From the NCBI RefSeq assembly GCF_009914755.1, contig NC_060939.1: a stretch of 64,000 bases of DNA. The stretch is one strand, 5' to 3'. Below, piece after piece: positions 48,346-64,000 of this stretch (the first letter of the stretch is position 1; each line of letters begins with the position of its first letter). Origin of the DNA: the human T2T-CHM13v2.0 reference genome, Homo sapiens. A model generated the notes under the pieces. The model was not told the DNA's origin and did not search any database. It saw only the letters and a list, made by a program, of their open reading frames with translations. The position numbers were made by a program, and so were the translations under genes.

Positions 48346-49449
48346 TATTAGGAACTGAAATGGGCAGAAGGGGAACTAGTCAGGACAGGAAGGCAAACTT
48401 GGTGACAGAAAGGAAGAAAAAGATGCTGAGAGCAAGCTTAGAAATGAGGAAGAAGGTACTTTCCGTATCTGGTTCCTACAGTGCGCATTCTCTCTACGTG
48501 ACTACAACACTCTTGTGGAAAACTTTCTGCATGTGTATGCACGTGCGTGTGCGTGCATGTGTGTGTGTAATGTTTCAAAATGATTTCATACATATCATCT
48601 CATTTGATTACCAGCAGTCTACAGAGATAAAGTCTCTATGTAACCTAGCAAATTACTTCTGGCTGTCACAGAACGTGGGGTAGGTAAACACAGGATGAAT
48701 CCTGAGAGCACCAAAGCACAGCATAGAAGAGCACCCACAACAAGCCATTCATTCCTAGATAGATTCTGAGAAGTAGGATGCTGGGTTTTTTTATGTATCA
48801 CCAGGGATGTAATGTGGGGCCACATCTTTGTTTCCCAAGATGATCTCACCATAAATTTCCCAAAAGCATTGTATTTGATCATCTTCATATCTTCACATTC
48901 ACCAAATGTACTTCATGTTCCTTTGCAGTAAGCATATTTTGTATGCCTGCCTAGCCTTTATTATGTATCAGATCCACTTCAAAGTAGCCACTCTGTTGAG
49001 CCCTGGAAGATACTTGTATTGCTGTTTTCTTCTTTTTCAAATACAATTTGAAAATTTAAAATACAATTAGGGGATCAGTAGAAAACAGCTATATGGTGAT
49101 GACATAGAACAATCTCTAGCCAAGTAATGGGAAATATGTCTCAGAGAGGTCACTGGCTTATTACTATTAATTAAAATAATAATTAACACTGACCACTTAA
49201 TATGTGCCTGGCAGTAGCCAAGTGCATTACATGAATTTAGTTATCATGATATTGTGGTATTCCCAGCATATAGCAAATGGTAGGAGCTCAAGAAATATTT
49301 GTTGGATAAATGAACCTATGAGGTAGGTATTAGTTTTATTTCCATTTTACAAATGATTAAAATCAGGTGTAAAATTTTAAAGCCTTGTCTAAGGTCACAT
49401 AACTATTAATTGGTGGGTGTGGTTTGCAAAGCCAGATTTGGTTATAGCG

Positions 49450-49700
49450 TAGCATAGTGTAGTGGTTCAGAGTGGAAACTTTGGAGCCAGCCAAGCCACT
49501 TAGTTTTGAATCCTAGGTCTGCCACTTACTAGCTGTGTGAACTTGGGAAAGCTACTTAACATTTTGCGCCTCAGTTCTCTCAACTATAAATTAAAAAAAA
49601 AAAATAGTTCCAACCTCCCAAGGTTATTGGGAGGATTAAATGAGATCATACTGTAAACACTTACAACTGTACCTGGTACTCTATCTGTGTAGCTATTACT
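49450..49700 (+). mobile_element. MIR
   Basis: TCTGCCACTTACTAGCTGTGTGAACTTGGGAAAG core. Confidence 0.8.
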
Positions 49701-49813
49701 GTTTATTGGAGCCTTACATTACATGCCAATAGAGCTTTTACCCTTCAAAAGAAATTTCTATAAATTATCTCATAACATCCTGATAGATGATAATAATTAC
49801 AATGAACATCATA

Positions 49814-50048
49814 CAGGTTGAGTATCCCTTATCTGAAGTGCTTGGGACCAGAAGTGTTTTGGACTTTGGATTTTTTTGAATTTTGGAATATTTGCATTAT
49901 ACTTAACTGATTCAATATCTGGATTCAGAAATCCAAAATCTGAAATGCTGTAATGAGCATTTCCTTTGAGCATCATGTCAGCACTCAAAAAGTTTTTGAT
50001 GCTGAGCATTTTGCATTTTGGATTTCTGGATTAGGAATGCTCAACCTG
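49814..50048. mobile_element. Tigger4a/MER46-like MITE
   Basis: TIRs CAGGTTGAG...CTCAACCTG with TA target duplication. Confidence 0.9.
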
Positions 50049-50239
50049 TAGTATGTCACTTAATCTCACAATAATCTATTTCAAAGATTTTAAGAATCAG
50101 GCTCAGAAAGGTTAAATGAATTGCTCAAGACCATACAGCAAGCCAGTAGCAATGCTAGCCCCTGCTGGAAGAAGGTAGAATGAAAGATCAAAGATGACTA
50201 ACACATAGCATCAACTCTTACAATCAGGAGGGAGTAGAG

Positions 50240-50586
50240 CAGAGGTCCCCAACCCTTGGGCCACAGACCGCTGCCAGTCCACAGCCTGTTAGGAACCAAG
50301 CCACACAGCAGGAGGCGAGCAGGACTGAGCGAGCATTACCACCTGAGCTCCACCTCCTGTCAGATCAGCAGCATTAGATCATCATAGGAGTGTGAATCTT
50401 ACTATATACTGTGAACTGGCATGCAGAGGATCTAGGTTGTGCGTTCCTTATGAGAATTTAATGCCTATCTGATGATCTGAGGTGGAACAGTTTCATCCTG
50501 AAATCATCCTCCTGCCACACCCCATCTGTGCAAAAATTGTCTTCCACAAAATCGGTCTCTGGTGCCAAAAAGGTTGGGGACTGCTG
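50240..50586 (+). mobile_element. MER1B (hAT-Charlie)
   Basis: TIRs CAGAGGTCCCCAACC...GGTTGGGGACTGCTG; 8-bp TSD (G/A)AGTAGAG. Confidence 0.9.
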
Positions 50587-52762
50587 AAGTAGAGGAAAGA
50601 CAGACAGGAAAACAACTAACTCAAGGCAGAATTAAGCCAAGTGCTAAAAAGGTGGGAAGGTTACATGTTGAGGAAAACCAGAGGAAGAATTGTTGAATTC
50701 TATCTGGGCGTAGTGTGTTTGCCAAAACTTCATTCCAAAGGCACCAGGCGGGTCAGGCACTATTTCATGGTTCTGAAACATACTGAGTTCACTCAAAGTC
50801 AGAAAAGTTTGCAGGTCTATAAAGAAGTGGGACAAAGAAAATTCTGAAAAATGCCTAGGCATTCATGGCTACTCTCACATATTTTAGGGTGTGGGAGGGA
50901 AACAGTGACCTTCATTTCAATGGACAAATGAAACATTCAGTACCAAGGATGGGGTGAATAATGTAATTATTCTAAACAAAGTTCCCTATCTGCTCAGTTT
51001 GAGAGGATTCAGAACACGTATCTTCATCCTTTTGTCTTCAGTTTTGCTATTTTGGAACCCAGCGGGTCATTTCTTTTGGAGTCAGCCCTCCCATTCCAAG
51101 GCTAAAAGGTCATGAGATCTCTCTCTCCCCTGTCTCTCAGGGCTTGCATTGTTTTGGCAAGATCTTGTCCATCAGTGAGAAATAATGGTGCAGCAAACAG
51201 ATATTTCTGTCTCCTCTGTCTGATTTTAGTGTCTTAGAAAGAAGAAATCAAGACTTCATCCCATTTTTTGGATGGGGTGTAGCAAAGCACTAGAGGAAAC
51301 TTTGATGAAATGGATACCTGAGAATTAATATGAATAAGCCATTTGCAGACAATCTCTATCCTATCTGTAGGCTGGCCTTGTTTCTGGCTCAGTCCCCAAG
51401 ACCAGGTCATATTTAATATTAGGTCAACTACTAGACAAGTCTGAGTGTTCTAAAGATCTAAGAGTTATTATAGCAGGCTAAAATTCTCAACTCTAATATA
51501 CCTTAGGTATAAAACCCAAACCAATTTTTTTTAGATTTTTCAAGCTCATTCTCCTAGATTCAAATAAAAACTAAGTGGATTTCTAGTATTTGAGGAAACA
51601 GACAGATTTAACTATTAAACACCTAGCATTTTGCTCAACGCTGGGATGGGGAACAAAAATTATAAAAGATTAGAAAAAAGAGGTACAAATTCCCAAATCA
51701 CTTAAAGATCTCACTGGAAAAATAATACAAAGTCACTTTAAACAATTGTCTAGCAATGCAAACAGAATGCAACTAGATGCATAAATGTATGGACAGTGCT
51801 ACAGGACCTCAGATTAAGACAAGAACAATTTGAACTAAAGATGTGAAATACATCTTCCTGGAGGGAAGTTAAATTTGCATTAAGGATTTATAAATGAATG
51901 TCCTGGAGTAAAGCATTTACTTGGAGGAGAGAATACCATTAACTCTGCCCTGTCCACCATTGTACTATAGTGCTCTGGATGTCATTCCCTCCCATTTACC
52001 GCACATTTCCTGGTACAGAATGAATAAAAAAAAAATGGCATTCAAGCTTTCCACGACTAAGTCCCATTTTACCAATCCAGCCTTGCTGCTACTCATTCAT
52101 TCATTCAACATATCTTGATTTTACACTTAAATCCTTTAGGTACTGTGGTAAGTACAGAGCACCTGGAGAAGAGCAAGACTCATTTTCTGTCCTTAAAGGG
52201 TTTAGAAAGACAAGGATACCACAACTAAAACATAATACGATAACTGCTCTAAGAGGTACGCACAGGGTATCAAGGAAACTCAGAGCAGGAATACTTATCT
52301 TGGAGGAGGGAAAGCGATCGAGGAAAGTTGATAAACTTGCCTTGAAGTTGCTATGAATAAACCATTTCTGGACAGTATCTTCCTTGTTCCTGGAGCCTGG
52401 TCTTCTCTCTGGCTCAGTCCCCAAGATCTGATCTTACACAATACTGGGTCAATGCTTAGACAAGTTTGAAAGCTCTATAATTCATTTAGATAAACTAAAT
52501 TGTCAGATTTAATATAACTCAGATATAGTCCTCAAACCAGTCAAAGTATAAGAGATTTTTCTTGGCTGGTTTAATATAGTTACAATTTAGGGAGAGATTG
52601 GAGGGATGGTGTTTAATTAGGACATTTTCGCAATGATCCAATAAAAGTAACAAAAATTCCTATTGATGGTAGAAATAGAAAAGAGTAGATGAATGTTTAG
52701 ATAAGCTGGCAGCACACAGTTTCCAAAGGTATGGTATAGTCAGTCTTAAGATACAGTATTTG

Positions 52763-53102
<340 letters not shown>

Positions 53103-53261
53103 TTAATTTCTTAAACACAAAAAGCATATTCCAATCTCAGGGCATTGGCACAGGCTTTTCCCTCTTCCCTTTCCTCTTCCAATTCTTCTGCTTGGTTTCT
53201 ACTTATCCTTCACGTCTCAGCTGGAATGTCACTTCCTCAGAGACCTTCTCTCCTTTCCTGT

Positions 53262-54197
53262 TGTGAAGTAAGAAATATATATATGGTCTCTGCCTCTAGT
53301 CTCTGGCCTAGAGCTCCCAACACCCTTGTAATTTCCTGAGTTACAGGGGTGCTAGGAGAATCTTTGGTTCTAATGTTTGGTCTTCACTCTCGTTCCTGAC
53401 ATGGAGCTCTTAAATCCCGTGGACTTTCCTGAGTGATAGGAGCAGTCTTTTGTTCTACCAAGGCAATTCTTGCCCGGCTCCTAGATGAGGGCTGGTCACC
53501 GGAAAGCCCAACCATGATCATAAACTTGGAGCTTTCAGCCCCTACCTCCATTCTCCAGAGAGGGACGGAGGCTGGAAATTGAGTTAATAATTGATCATGC
53601 CTACGTGATGAAGGCCCCATAAAAATCCCTTAACTATGGGGTTCAGAGAGCTTCCAGGTTGGCAAACACACATCCATGTGCCTGGAATGTGGTACATACC
53701 AACTCCATGGGGACAGAAGCTCCTGTACTCAGGACCCTTCCAGATCTCACCCTTTGTATCCCCTGGCTGTTCATCTGTATCCTTATTACATCCTTTATTA
53801 ATAAGCCAGTAAATGTAAGTAATGTGTTTTCCTGAGTTCCATGAGCCATCCTAGTAAATTAATAGAACCTAAGAAGGGGGTCATGGGAAGCCCAATTTAC
53901 AGACCGTCCCTGGTCAGAAGCACAAGTCACAATCTGGAACTTGTGATTGGCATCTGAAGGTGGGGGGCAGTCTTGAGGGACTGGGCCCTGAACCTGTGGA
54001 GTCTGATGCTATCTCCAGGTAGATAGTCTCAGCATTGAATTGAATTAGAGGACACCCAGGTGGTATCTGTGGGAGAATTTGCTTGATATGTGGGGAACTC
54101 CCCAACCAACACCTGGTGTCAGAAGTGCTGTGTTGAGTGGCTGAGTGGTGTATGAGAGTAGGAAAAACAATTTGTTTTGTTTTTCCTATCCTTAATA
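53262..54197 (+). mobile_element. MER21-family solo LTR inserted in L2
   Basis: GGTTCAGAGAGCTTCCAGGTTG, AACTCCATGGGGACAGAAGCTCCTG, ATCTCCAGGTAGATAGT motifs; 5-bp CCTGT flanks. Confidence 0.85.
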
Positions 54198-55494
54198 CCT
54201 GTTTAAAGTAGCCCTTTTCCGTTTATTTCTTTCAAAGCAATTTTCATCACCTTTAATTATCAGATTTATTCACTTGTTTACTTCTTCAATGTTTGACTTC
54301 CCAGTAGACTATAAGCTTCATGAAGGCAAGGATTACAGTGTTTTTATTGTTGTTGTTTGCCACCAAATACTCAGCCTCTGGTATAGTAACTAGCAAGAAG
54401 TAGATGTTCAATAAATATTTGTTTTAATAAATATATAATTATTATGTTTGTTGAAAAGTGTGAACCAACATCATAGGGAAAAATTACCTTAACATTAACT
54501 TCTAAAAAATGATGAATCAAGCAATTTCCTGAAAATGTGCAAGAACAGACTTTCAGAATGATGTTCTATGAACTGTAGTCTGCAGGTCATTTGAAATCCA
54601 GCAAATATTTTCATCCTCCTTCTTCTGATTCTATAACTTATTCTATATCTAGAATTACTCTAAAGACTAATTCTAACCTGGATACAAGATAAAAAGTAAA
54701 GATGGAAGATTCTAAAGAACAATTTTAACAATGTCCCATTTAGGGGGATTTTCATTACATACTTTATGAACACAGGTTCGGCATATTAGCTATCCGTGGA
54801 AATAAGTCACTTACTACATCTACATGAGCATGTTGAGATGAAAGTGTTTGCAAATCATGCTTTTTCAAGGGTGGCTAAACAAATCTCTATTCATCTATTA
54901 CAACTCATAGTCATTGCTAATGTTCAAATATATTAGGGTTGAACATAACACAAAAATGGAAATGCTGGAAAGATTAACATTATTTAATCTACAGATGACT
55001 CATGCTACTGGTTTAACCATTTTCTTTAGATTTTTTTCATATACAGGAATATATTTTTATATACATATATAATATGCTGAAGGGACAAAAATATTGCATG
55101 ATCATTATCCTAAAGAAACAGATTCCAATTATTTCTTTTGAATTATAGACTTACAGTTAATTAAGAATTTTTATAGTTAATTAAAAATTAGACAGATTGT
55201 AACCTTGAATGTAACAAAGGACATAAAGAGAAACCATTTGTCACATGTACCTTTTCGGGAAAATCTCACAAAAGATTTTGTTTGGCAAAGCTATTTGAAA
55301 CAATTTAAAGCTAGAAATGTTTCTAGGCTATAGCAAGATGAATTCCATCGGTTTGGATTTTGACCTACCACTAAATTTTGGATTTAGGAACAGTCTCATT
55401 TTTATACTTAACACAAAAATTAAATTTTAACTTAGAAACTGAGTTTTACACAGCTTGAGGCTTGTGAAAAATTATGTGAAAATAAGTCAGTTAC

Positions 55495-55850
55495 TGCTAG
55501 GGTCTCAGTGTTTGTGTCCTCCACAAAATTCATTTGTTGAAATTTTAACCCTTGAGATGATGGTAGTAGGAGTCAGGGCCTTTTGGGAGGTGATTAGGTC
55601 ACGAGAGTGGAGCCCTCATGAATGGGATTAGTGTGCTTATAAAAGAAACATGAGGGAGCTAGCTAGTCCCTTCCACCATGTGCAGGTACAATGAGCTGTC
55701 TCTAGACAGGGGGCCCTTACCAGTCATGGAATCTGCCAGTGCCTTGTCTTTGACTTCCCAGCCTCCAGAACTGTAAAAAATAAATTGCTGTCATTTATAA
55801 GCTACCTCGTTCGTAGTATTTTGTTACAGCAGCCTGAACAGACTAAGCCA
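55495..55850 (+). mobile_element. MLT1A-type MaLR solo LTR
   Basis: GCCCTCATGAATGGGATTAGTG, GACTTCCCAGCCTCCAGAACTG, TTTGTTACAGCAGCCTGAACAGACTAAG. Confidence 0.9.
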
Positions 55851-56095
55851 GATAATATATAGAGACAACAGATGGCTTCATACACCTAGGTGTGAATCCT
55901 GGGAAAATTGAGTGGAAACCACAGTTGAGAACACCAACGTCCTAACAATCCTGTAGCCTTCAGGCTTAGTTGGTTCTGGACTCCCTCTAGTGGTTCAATT
56001 CTAGTGCTTTAATTGATGTTCTTCAATTCATAGAATTAACAAATTTCTGGTCAGATTAAAAACAACTAAGCAAAAGAGCCACACAACTCCCATTA

Positions 56096-56422
<327 letters not shown>

Positions 56423-58329
56423 AGAATGGTTTATCACAAGGAGATTATGTCATTGAATGGCATGATAAATATGGATGTTCAGATGGCTGAAATCATAGTG
56501 TTGCAAATGGTTAGACCTAAAGGGACAGAATGGATTTTACTGGATGATTGGGAAAGACATTTATAGTTTTGCTCAGAGTGAGTGGATAAGAGCTGAAGGC
56601 CCAGTAACAGAATTCCTTGTTGCTTTTGTTTGCAACCTATGGTAAAGACTGGATCTTTTAGAGAAAGAGTGAAGTGAAATAATATTTCCTGTGCATATGG
56701 ATTCTATAAGGTCAGAGGGTTCTTGTTTGACCTTGTATAAAATCAACCTCTTAGACCAACCAAAAGCAACATGTAGTTTCCTTCTCATCATATTCCTAAT
56801 AGCATAGTTTGTGCCTCTGTTTTAAACCAATTCAGAAAATTTTGAGGCCGATTTAACTTTATTGGCTCCCTGTTTTGGCTTTGGTTATTCCACTCCATTA
56901 AACCTTTACTTCTTGGCCATTTCTGCACTGTAAATATAAGTAAATCTACTAACTCTTTTACATGAGATCCCTTTACATATTTAAGACAGTTATCCTGTCC
57001 TCAGTAAGTCTTCTTTCCCTCTCCCAGATCCTTAAAGCTTCTTGGAGCTGAATAGAAGGAACTCGATGAGGTACAGGCTTCTGATAAAATAACTTGATAG
57101 GCATGTAATTCACACCTTTAGGGGTCGGTAAAAACGATGGCTTTTTTTTTATTTCAAAAAATGCAAAGCTGTTATTTAAAAGTCCCCAAACCAAAAAGAA
57201 CTGAAGCCAATGGGATTAAGAGGAAAAAAGAAAACAGGAAGTAATGGGTGACTTATCCATTTCAAGACCTCCTCCTGCTATTTTCTGATTCCTAAATTGT
57301 TCCAGAATCGATTTAAGCAGACAAGTACAGCTGAGACCAGGTAAGTTACTGTCAAGTCAAGAAGTCTGTCATGTCTGCCATGAAGTTTGGACAGAATGAG
57401 ATCAGGAACTGGCATGGGTCTTAAGATCCCAGATCTGACAGTACTTCCCATTGATAAGATATTACTACACAGTCTGTAATTGATTATTTGCATAGATAGA
57501 AAAAAAAAACTTCCCAGCAACTTAAGCACTCTAAAATATCAGTTTTGTCAACTCACAAATTTGGGTTGCAGTGAAAGTGGGGAAAATAGAGGTAGGAAGA
57601 TGTAAGTCAAATAAAAACAAGGTATATCTTCTTGTCTTTGAGTATCTGTAGTTCTTTTTTAACGGCAATTAAGAGGGATAGAAAATGTATTCCAGCTGAT
57701 AAAAAGGAATTCCCTGTGCGAAAGGGAAAGGCAGAAAGCAGCTGGAAAAAAAAAATAGCAGGCAGTTGTCTTAATAACGTAGATAGGTATCGCCTCTAAT
57801 ACAGGACTTAGTACTGTTGTGCCCCAATTAGACAGTAAGCATTGATCGCATGAACTTTAGTGATTAACTTGTTGCCAAAGAATATTCAAAAGAATATCAG
57901 AAATCAGAACAAATGTACTGTTGGTGTGCTACAAATCCATCAGGTAGCCTAGTTTTCCTTCTTTCCTCTCTACAAGGGATTTTAAGCGCTACCGTGTGCT
58001 TCCCTCCCACTATGCTGGTACTTTCCCATAGGAAGGGTTGTGCCTGGACCTCCCAGATTGGAACCCCGATTACCGAAGGTCCCAAGGCTGTATTCTCAGT
58101 TACGCCAAGTCACCTGAGACATTTGCACCAGAGCACCCAAAATTCTGTGCCCATGCGGATAGTTAGAGTTTCTTCACAAAATAGCAAAGTCTCTAGGTTG
58201 CTATTCCAACGGCGGTAGTACTGATGCTCCAGTTCGAAGGCCAGGAAAACAGAATGTAAAGCCGGTGACTTCCAAGATATATGTAACCACCAAAGTACAT
58301 GCTTAATGACCTAGTGAAGTGAGCTTAAG

Positions 58330-59780
<1,451 letters not shown>

Positions 59781-60695
59781 TAGGTTTGAGCATCGGTGAG
59801 GTTGGAGTTGGGGCTCTTTGCAATGCAGAGAACACGTTCTCTGCCGATATATGATCTGTGAGTCAGGACCTGTATTTCCCCAGAGTCAAATTGTCAGGAC
59901 CTGTGAGTCAGGATCTGAGAGTCAGGACCTGTTTCCCCAGAGTCTAATTGTTTTGGGAAGCGAGGTGTCCATTACAGATTAATTTTGTTGTGCAGGTCCT
60001 ATAATCAGTAATGTTAATTCTTAAGAGAATTTTGGTCACCTACAAGCGTGTTAAACTCATTTTTTGGAATGAGAATTTAAAGAAGGATAGCCTCAAGAAG
60101 TAAGTGTGTTGAAATAAAAAGGGAGAAGGTGGGGAAGAACTAAATGGAAGCAGGCATTAACTCTTCTGGATTTATTCATTCCTTGTCATAACACCAGCAT
60201 CCTATTCCACAATTGAGGAGGTACCCACAACTGCTCCCTGAGTTGTCAGGGAGGTTGAATATTCAGAGCTGTCCTATTTTAAGCTTTGGTCCTAAATTGA
60301 CTTGAATTCTAAAGAACAGTTTGAAATTTAGTGACTGATATTTCTATTTTGTGATAGGATTCAAAAGAGAAATGATAATTACACACTTTTAGCTCAGTTA
60401 GTTCAGGACTTGAGTGGATTTCTTCCTTGCACTATCTAGTACCTGTGTCCTTAAGGGCAGGGACCTAGCTATCTATACCTGGCTTCTAGAACTTTGTGTG
60501 TTCTTAAAAATAACAAAAACTTGTTAAATGACATAGAATTTTCATTGTGCAACTTTCTAGCCAGTGTTACTCCTCTGGAATATTAGGATTTTCGTATATT
60601 CAGAATCTAAAGTATACGTAAAGTGCACGGTACTAGTTCCAAAGTGGTTCACTAAATTGTCGTACATGTTTGTCAGGATAAAAAACATATTATTA

Positions 60696-61009
<314 letters not shown>

Positions 61010-61054
61010 TATATATATGTATACACACACATATATAAAATTTTTTTGGAAGTA

Positions 61055-61432
61055 ATTCTTTTTTAATTGATCTATTTTTATTGATACATAATTGTGCATG
61101 TTTTGGGGTACATGTGATATTTTGGTACATGCATACAATTTGTAATTATCAAATCAGGGTGCTTAGGATATCCATCACCTCAAACATTTATCATTTCTTA
61201 TCTGAGTGTTGGGAATATTTCAGATTCTCTCTAGTAGCTATTTTGAAATATACGAGAAATTATTGTTAACTATAGTCACCCTACTACACTATCAAACATT
61301 ACACATATTCCTTCTACCTAACTGTATGTTTGTACCCATGAGCCAACCTGTCTTCATCCCCTCACCCCCAACCCTTCCCAGTGTCTGGTTGCTATCATTC
61401 TGCTGTCTACCTCCATCCATGAGATCAACTTT
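61055..61432 (-). mobile_element. L1MA-type 3' end in AFG2B intron 1
   Basis: GGGGTACATGTGATATTTTG, ATCCATCACCTCAAACATTTATCATTTC, CCATGAGATCAACTTT motifs. Confidence 0.85.
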
Positions 61433-61491
61433 AAAAATAATATATTTTAAACTATATACTTCTTCTTTTTTTTGTTTTGCTTTGCATATAG

Positions 61492-61695
<204 letters not shown>

Positions 61696-61984
61696 TGAAC
61701 ATCTATGTTAATCTATTATTGTAACAGATTAATTTGGGGGTTAAAAAAAAGCGGTGAGTACATTTTCCTTAGAACATTTGATAGCTTCCACAGCTGTTGC
61801 TTATACATTTTACATCTCAACTCTATATAAATAGTATATGATTGAGGGTGGGGATAAAGGGCTGAGTCCTCTGGGTCTACTGAGTGAATTTGTTCCCTAC
61901 TCTTATAGTAACTCCCTAGTGCTGAAGCCCAGAGCAGCCAAGAAATAGTGTGGCCCCAGAAGAATCAAAGAGTTTTTTTAATTT

Positions 61985-62620
61985 GAATTTTTTTATTTTG
62001 AGGCAATTTCAGACTTAGAAGTTACAAAAATAGTACAAAGAGTTTCCATATACCCTTCTCCTAGATTCTCCAAATGTAACATTTGCCACATTTGCTTTAT
62101 CATTCTCTCTTCATGTGTATTTCCTTATATATATACATATATATAATGAAATATTTGAGCATATACTACATCCATGATGCCCCTTTACCCGCGAAAACGT
62201 AAGTGTATATTTCTGAAAAACAAGGACCTTAACCACAGTATGATGATCAAGCTGAGAAAATTAACGCAGACATAATACTTGTACTTAACCTAAATAGGCC
62301 TTAATCTAGAATCATACTTCAGGCTTTCTTCTATGAAAACATAACTTTTTAAGAGTCAGTTATTCTGTGGAATATTCGTCAGTTTGGGTTTGACTAATGT
62401 TTCTTCATGATTCAATTCAGGTTTTGCATTTTGGGCAGGAATATAATAGAAATGATCCTGTGTCTTTCTCATTGCATCTGTTAGGCAGCACATGATATGT
62501 TTCTGTTCTATCACTGGTGAAGTTAACTTTGATTTCTTGGTTAAGGTGGTGTCTGTGAGATTTCTCCATTGTCAAGATACCGTTTTTCCCTTTGTTATTA
62601 ATAAGTATCTAGTGGGAGAA
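61985..62620 (-). mobile_element. Old L1MC-type fragment in AFG2B intron 2
   Basis: AAGTTACAAAAATAGTACAAAGAGTTTCC...TTGGTTAAGGTGGTGTCTG motifs. Confidence 0.75.
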
Positions 62621-64000
62621 ATAAGCTTTTCTAACCTAGGAGAAGATTGGGCACTTGGAATTGTATTTAAATTTGTCCTTGATCTGCAGGTCTGTAATTC
62701 ATGACTATTTCCTAACAATATTTAAGATATTAGATTAAATATAATACTTTTCAACTTTGTTGGTTGTAAAATCCAGTATTTTGTATATAATAAATAGTCC
62801 TGAATCCTTAAACCCATTCAGGAAAAAACTGATTTCAGCAGGCTAAGGATTCTGAAACAGAGTTTTCAATCTCATTTGTAACATCAAAATTGTCTTTTCA
62901 TCTTAAACTGCAAAAGAATGATTTATTATCCTAAATTTTGAAAAACCTTTTTACCTAAATAATTTATACCTTGCCTCACTTCCTTTCCTTTATTTCTACA
63001 GTTACACCGAAGGTGGGGAGGAGTTATGTGATCTTCTAGTTGATCTTTTAAGTCTTCATCTTGTAGGTTTAGACCAAAACTACTTGAAGTTTTAAAGTTC
63101 TGTGTGTAAAGATGTGAGAATAGATGTCTTTTGAGGGAGACAATAAGTAAGCAGGAGATGGGAAGGGAGATTTACATTCAGGATTTCCTCTGCTTTGAAG
63201 TTCCAGGTTTGACCATAAGCACCTCTCACTTAGGTGGACCAGTCAGCTGCTGTCGTCCCAGGGTGGAGCCCACTGCTACTTCAGGAGGGGCCTGCTCAGG
63301 TGTAGTTACCACAGGTGATGGCTGAGTTCAGAAACAACCCAGGGGAAGTGGAAGGAAGAAAGGCAAAAAGCATGAAGGGACAGACAACTGGGAAGGTACT
63401 GGCTCCATCTTTTATTCTTTCCCCCACCAGCTGAGGGGCTGCTGCTACCTCTCCCTGTACCAGGGCAGATAAGGGATACCTTACACTTTGTTAAACTTTT
63501 TGTGAAGTATTCCTATTAAAGGATTAGAACTGTAGTTTAACACTCAGACACACACAGAGGGGAAAGAATGTATAAGCCCAAAGAATCAAGTAAAATAATG
63601 TGTACACACATGATCTTGAACTATAAATGAGATTTTCAAATATTAGTTCGTGTTACCTAAAGATTAGTTAATATTTGGACATCAGACACCTAACATACTA
63701 TCAGCCAGTTAAAAAGGCTTTTTTTTAAGTATATAATAGGGTTATTCATGAGAAATGAAGATAGAAAATTATAAAGAACTGCCTACCTGAAATCTCACTT
63801 TCCAGAGATGACAATTGTTAACACTTTTGGGAGAATACTTTACAGAATAGCTCTATACATACAGATTCACTTAACATCTGTTTACAAATAAGAAAAGACA
63901 GTTTGTTTTTGAAAACGGGAATTTGTGGACAACTAGATGTTTAGAATTGGATATAAGAGGGCAAATACTTTAATAAATACAGTACAGATATTTTTAATAA

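Overview
This is human (primate) genomic DNA that I recognise as the chr15q21 GATM / SPATA5L1 (AFG2B) locus. The minus strand carries the complete 9-exon GATM gene (glycine amidinotransferase, AGAT). I traced all coding exons through GT-AG junctions: 69+219+196+191+138+165+64+117+113 = 1272 nt, i.e. 423 aa plus stop, from ATG at 34626 to TGA at 18282, with a poly(A) signal at 17317-17322. The plus strand carries the CpG-island promoter and first two coding exons of AFG2B/SPATA5L1, an AAA+ ATPase that continues beyond the window. The rest is mostly interspersed repeats: about 27 Alus, L1/L2/MIR pieces, several solo LTRs, hAT and Tigger DNA-transposon fossils, and a full-length U6 snRNA retrocopy. 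Repeat family and subfamily names are from recalled consensus sequences, not from a search. Most ORFs in the supplied track are Alu-derived or GC-content artefacts. I found no convincing new multi-gene system. The most unusual signals are: a polyadenylated ERV-LTR 3' end retrocopied by L1 machinery; a U6 copy and an Alu inserted successively at one target site inside a Cheshire transposon fossil; an unexplained ~230-bp ancient duplication in the intergenic region; a 64-bp tandem duplication in the GATM 3'UTR; an in-frame upstream ATG hidden in the GATM CCAAT box; and a repeat-free ~1.9-kb block behind a probably bidirectional AFG2B promoter.
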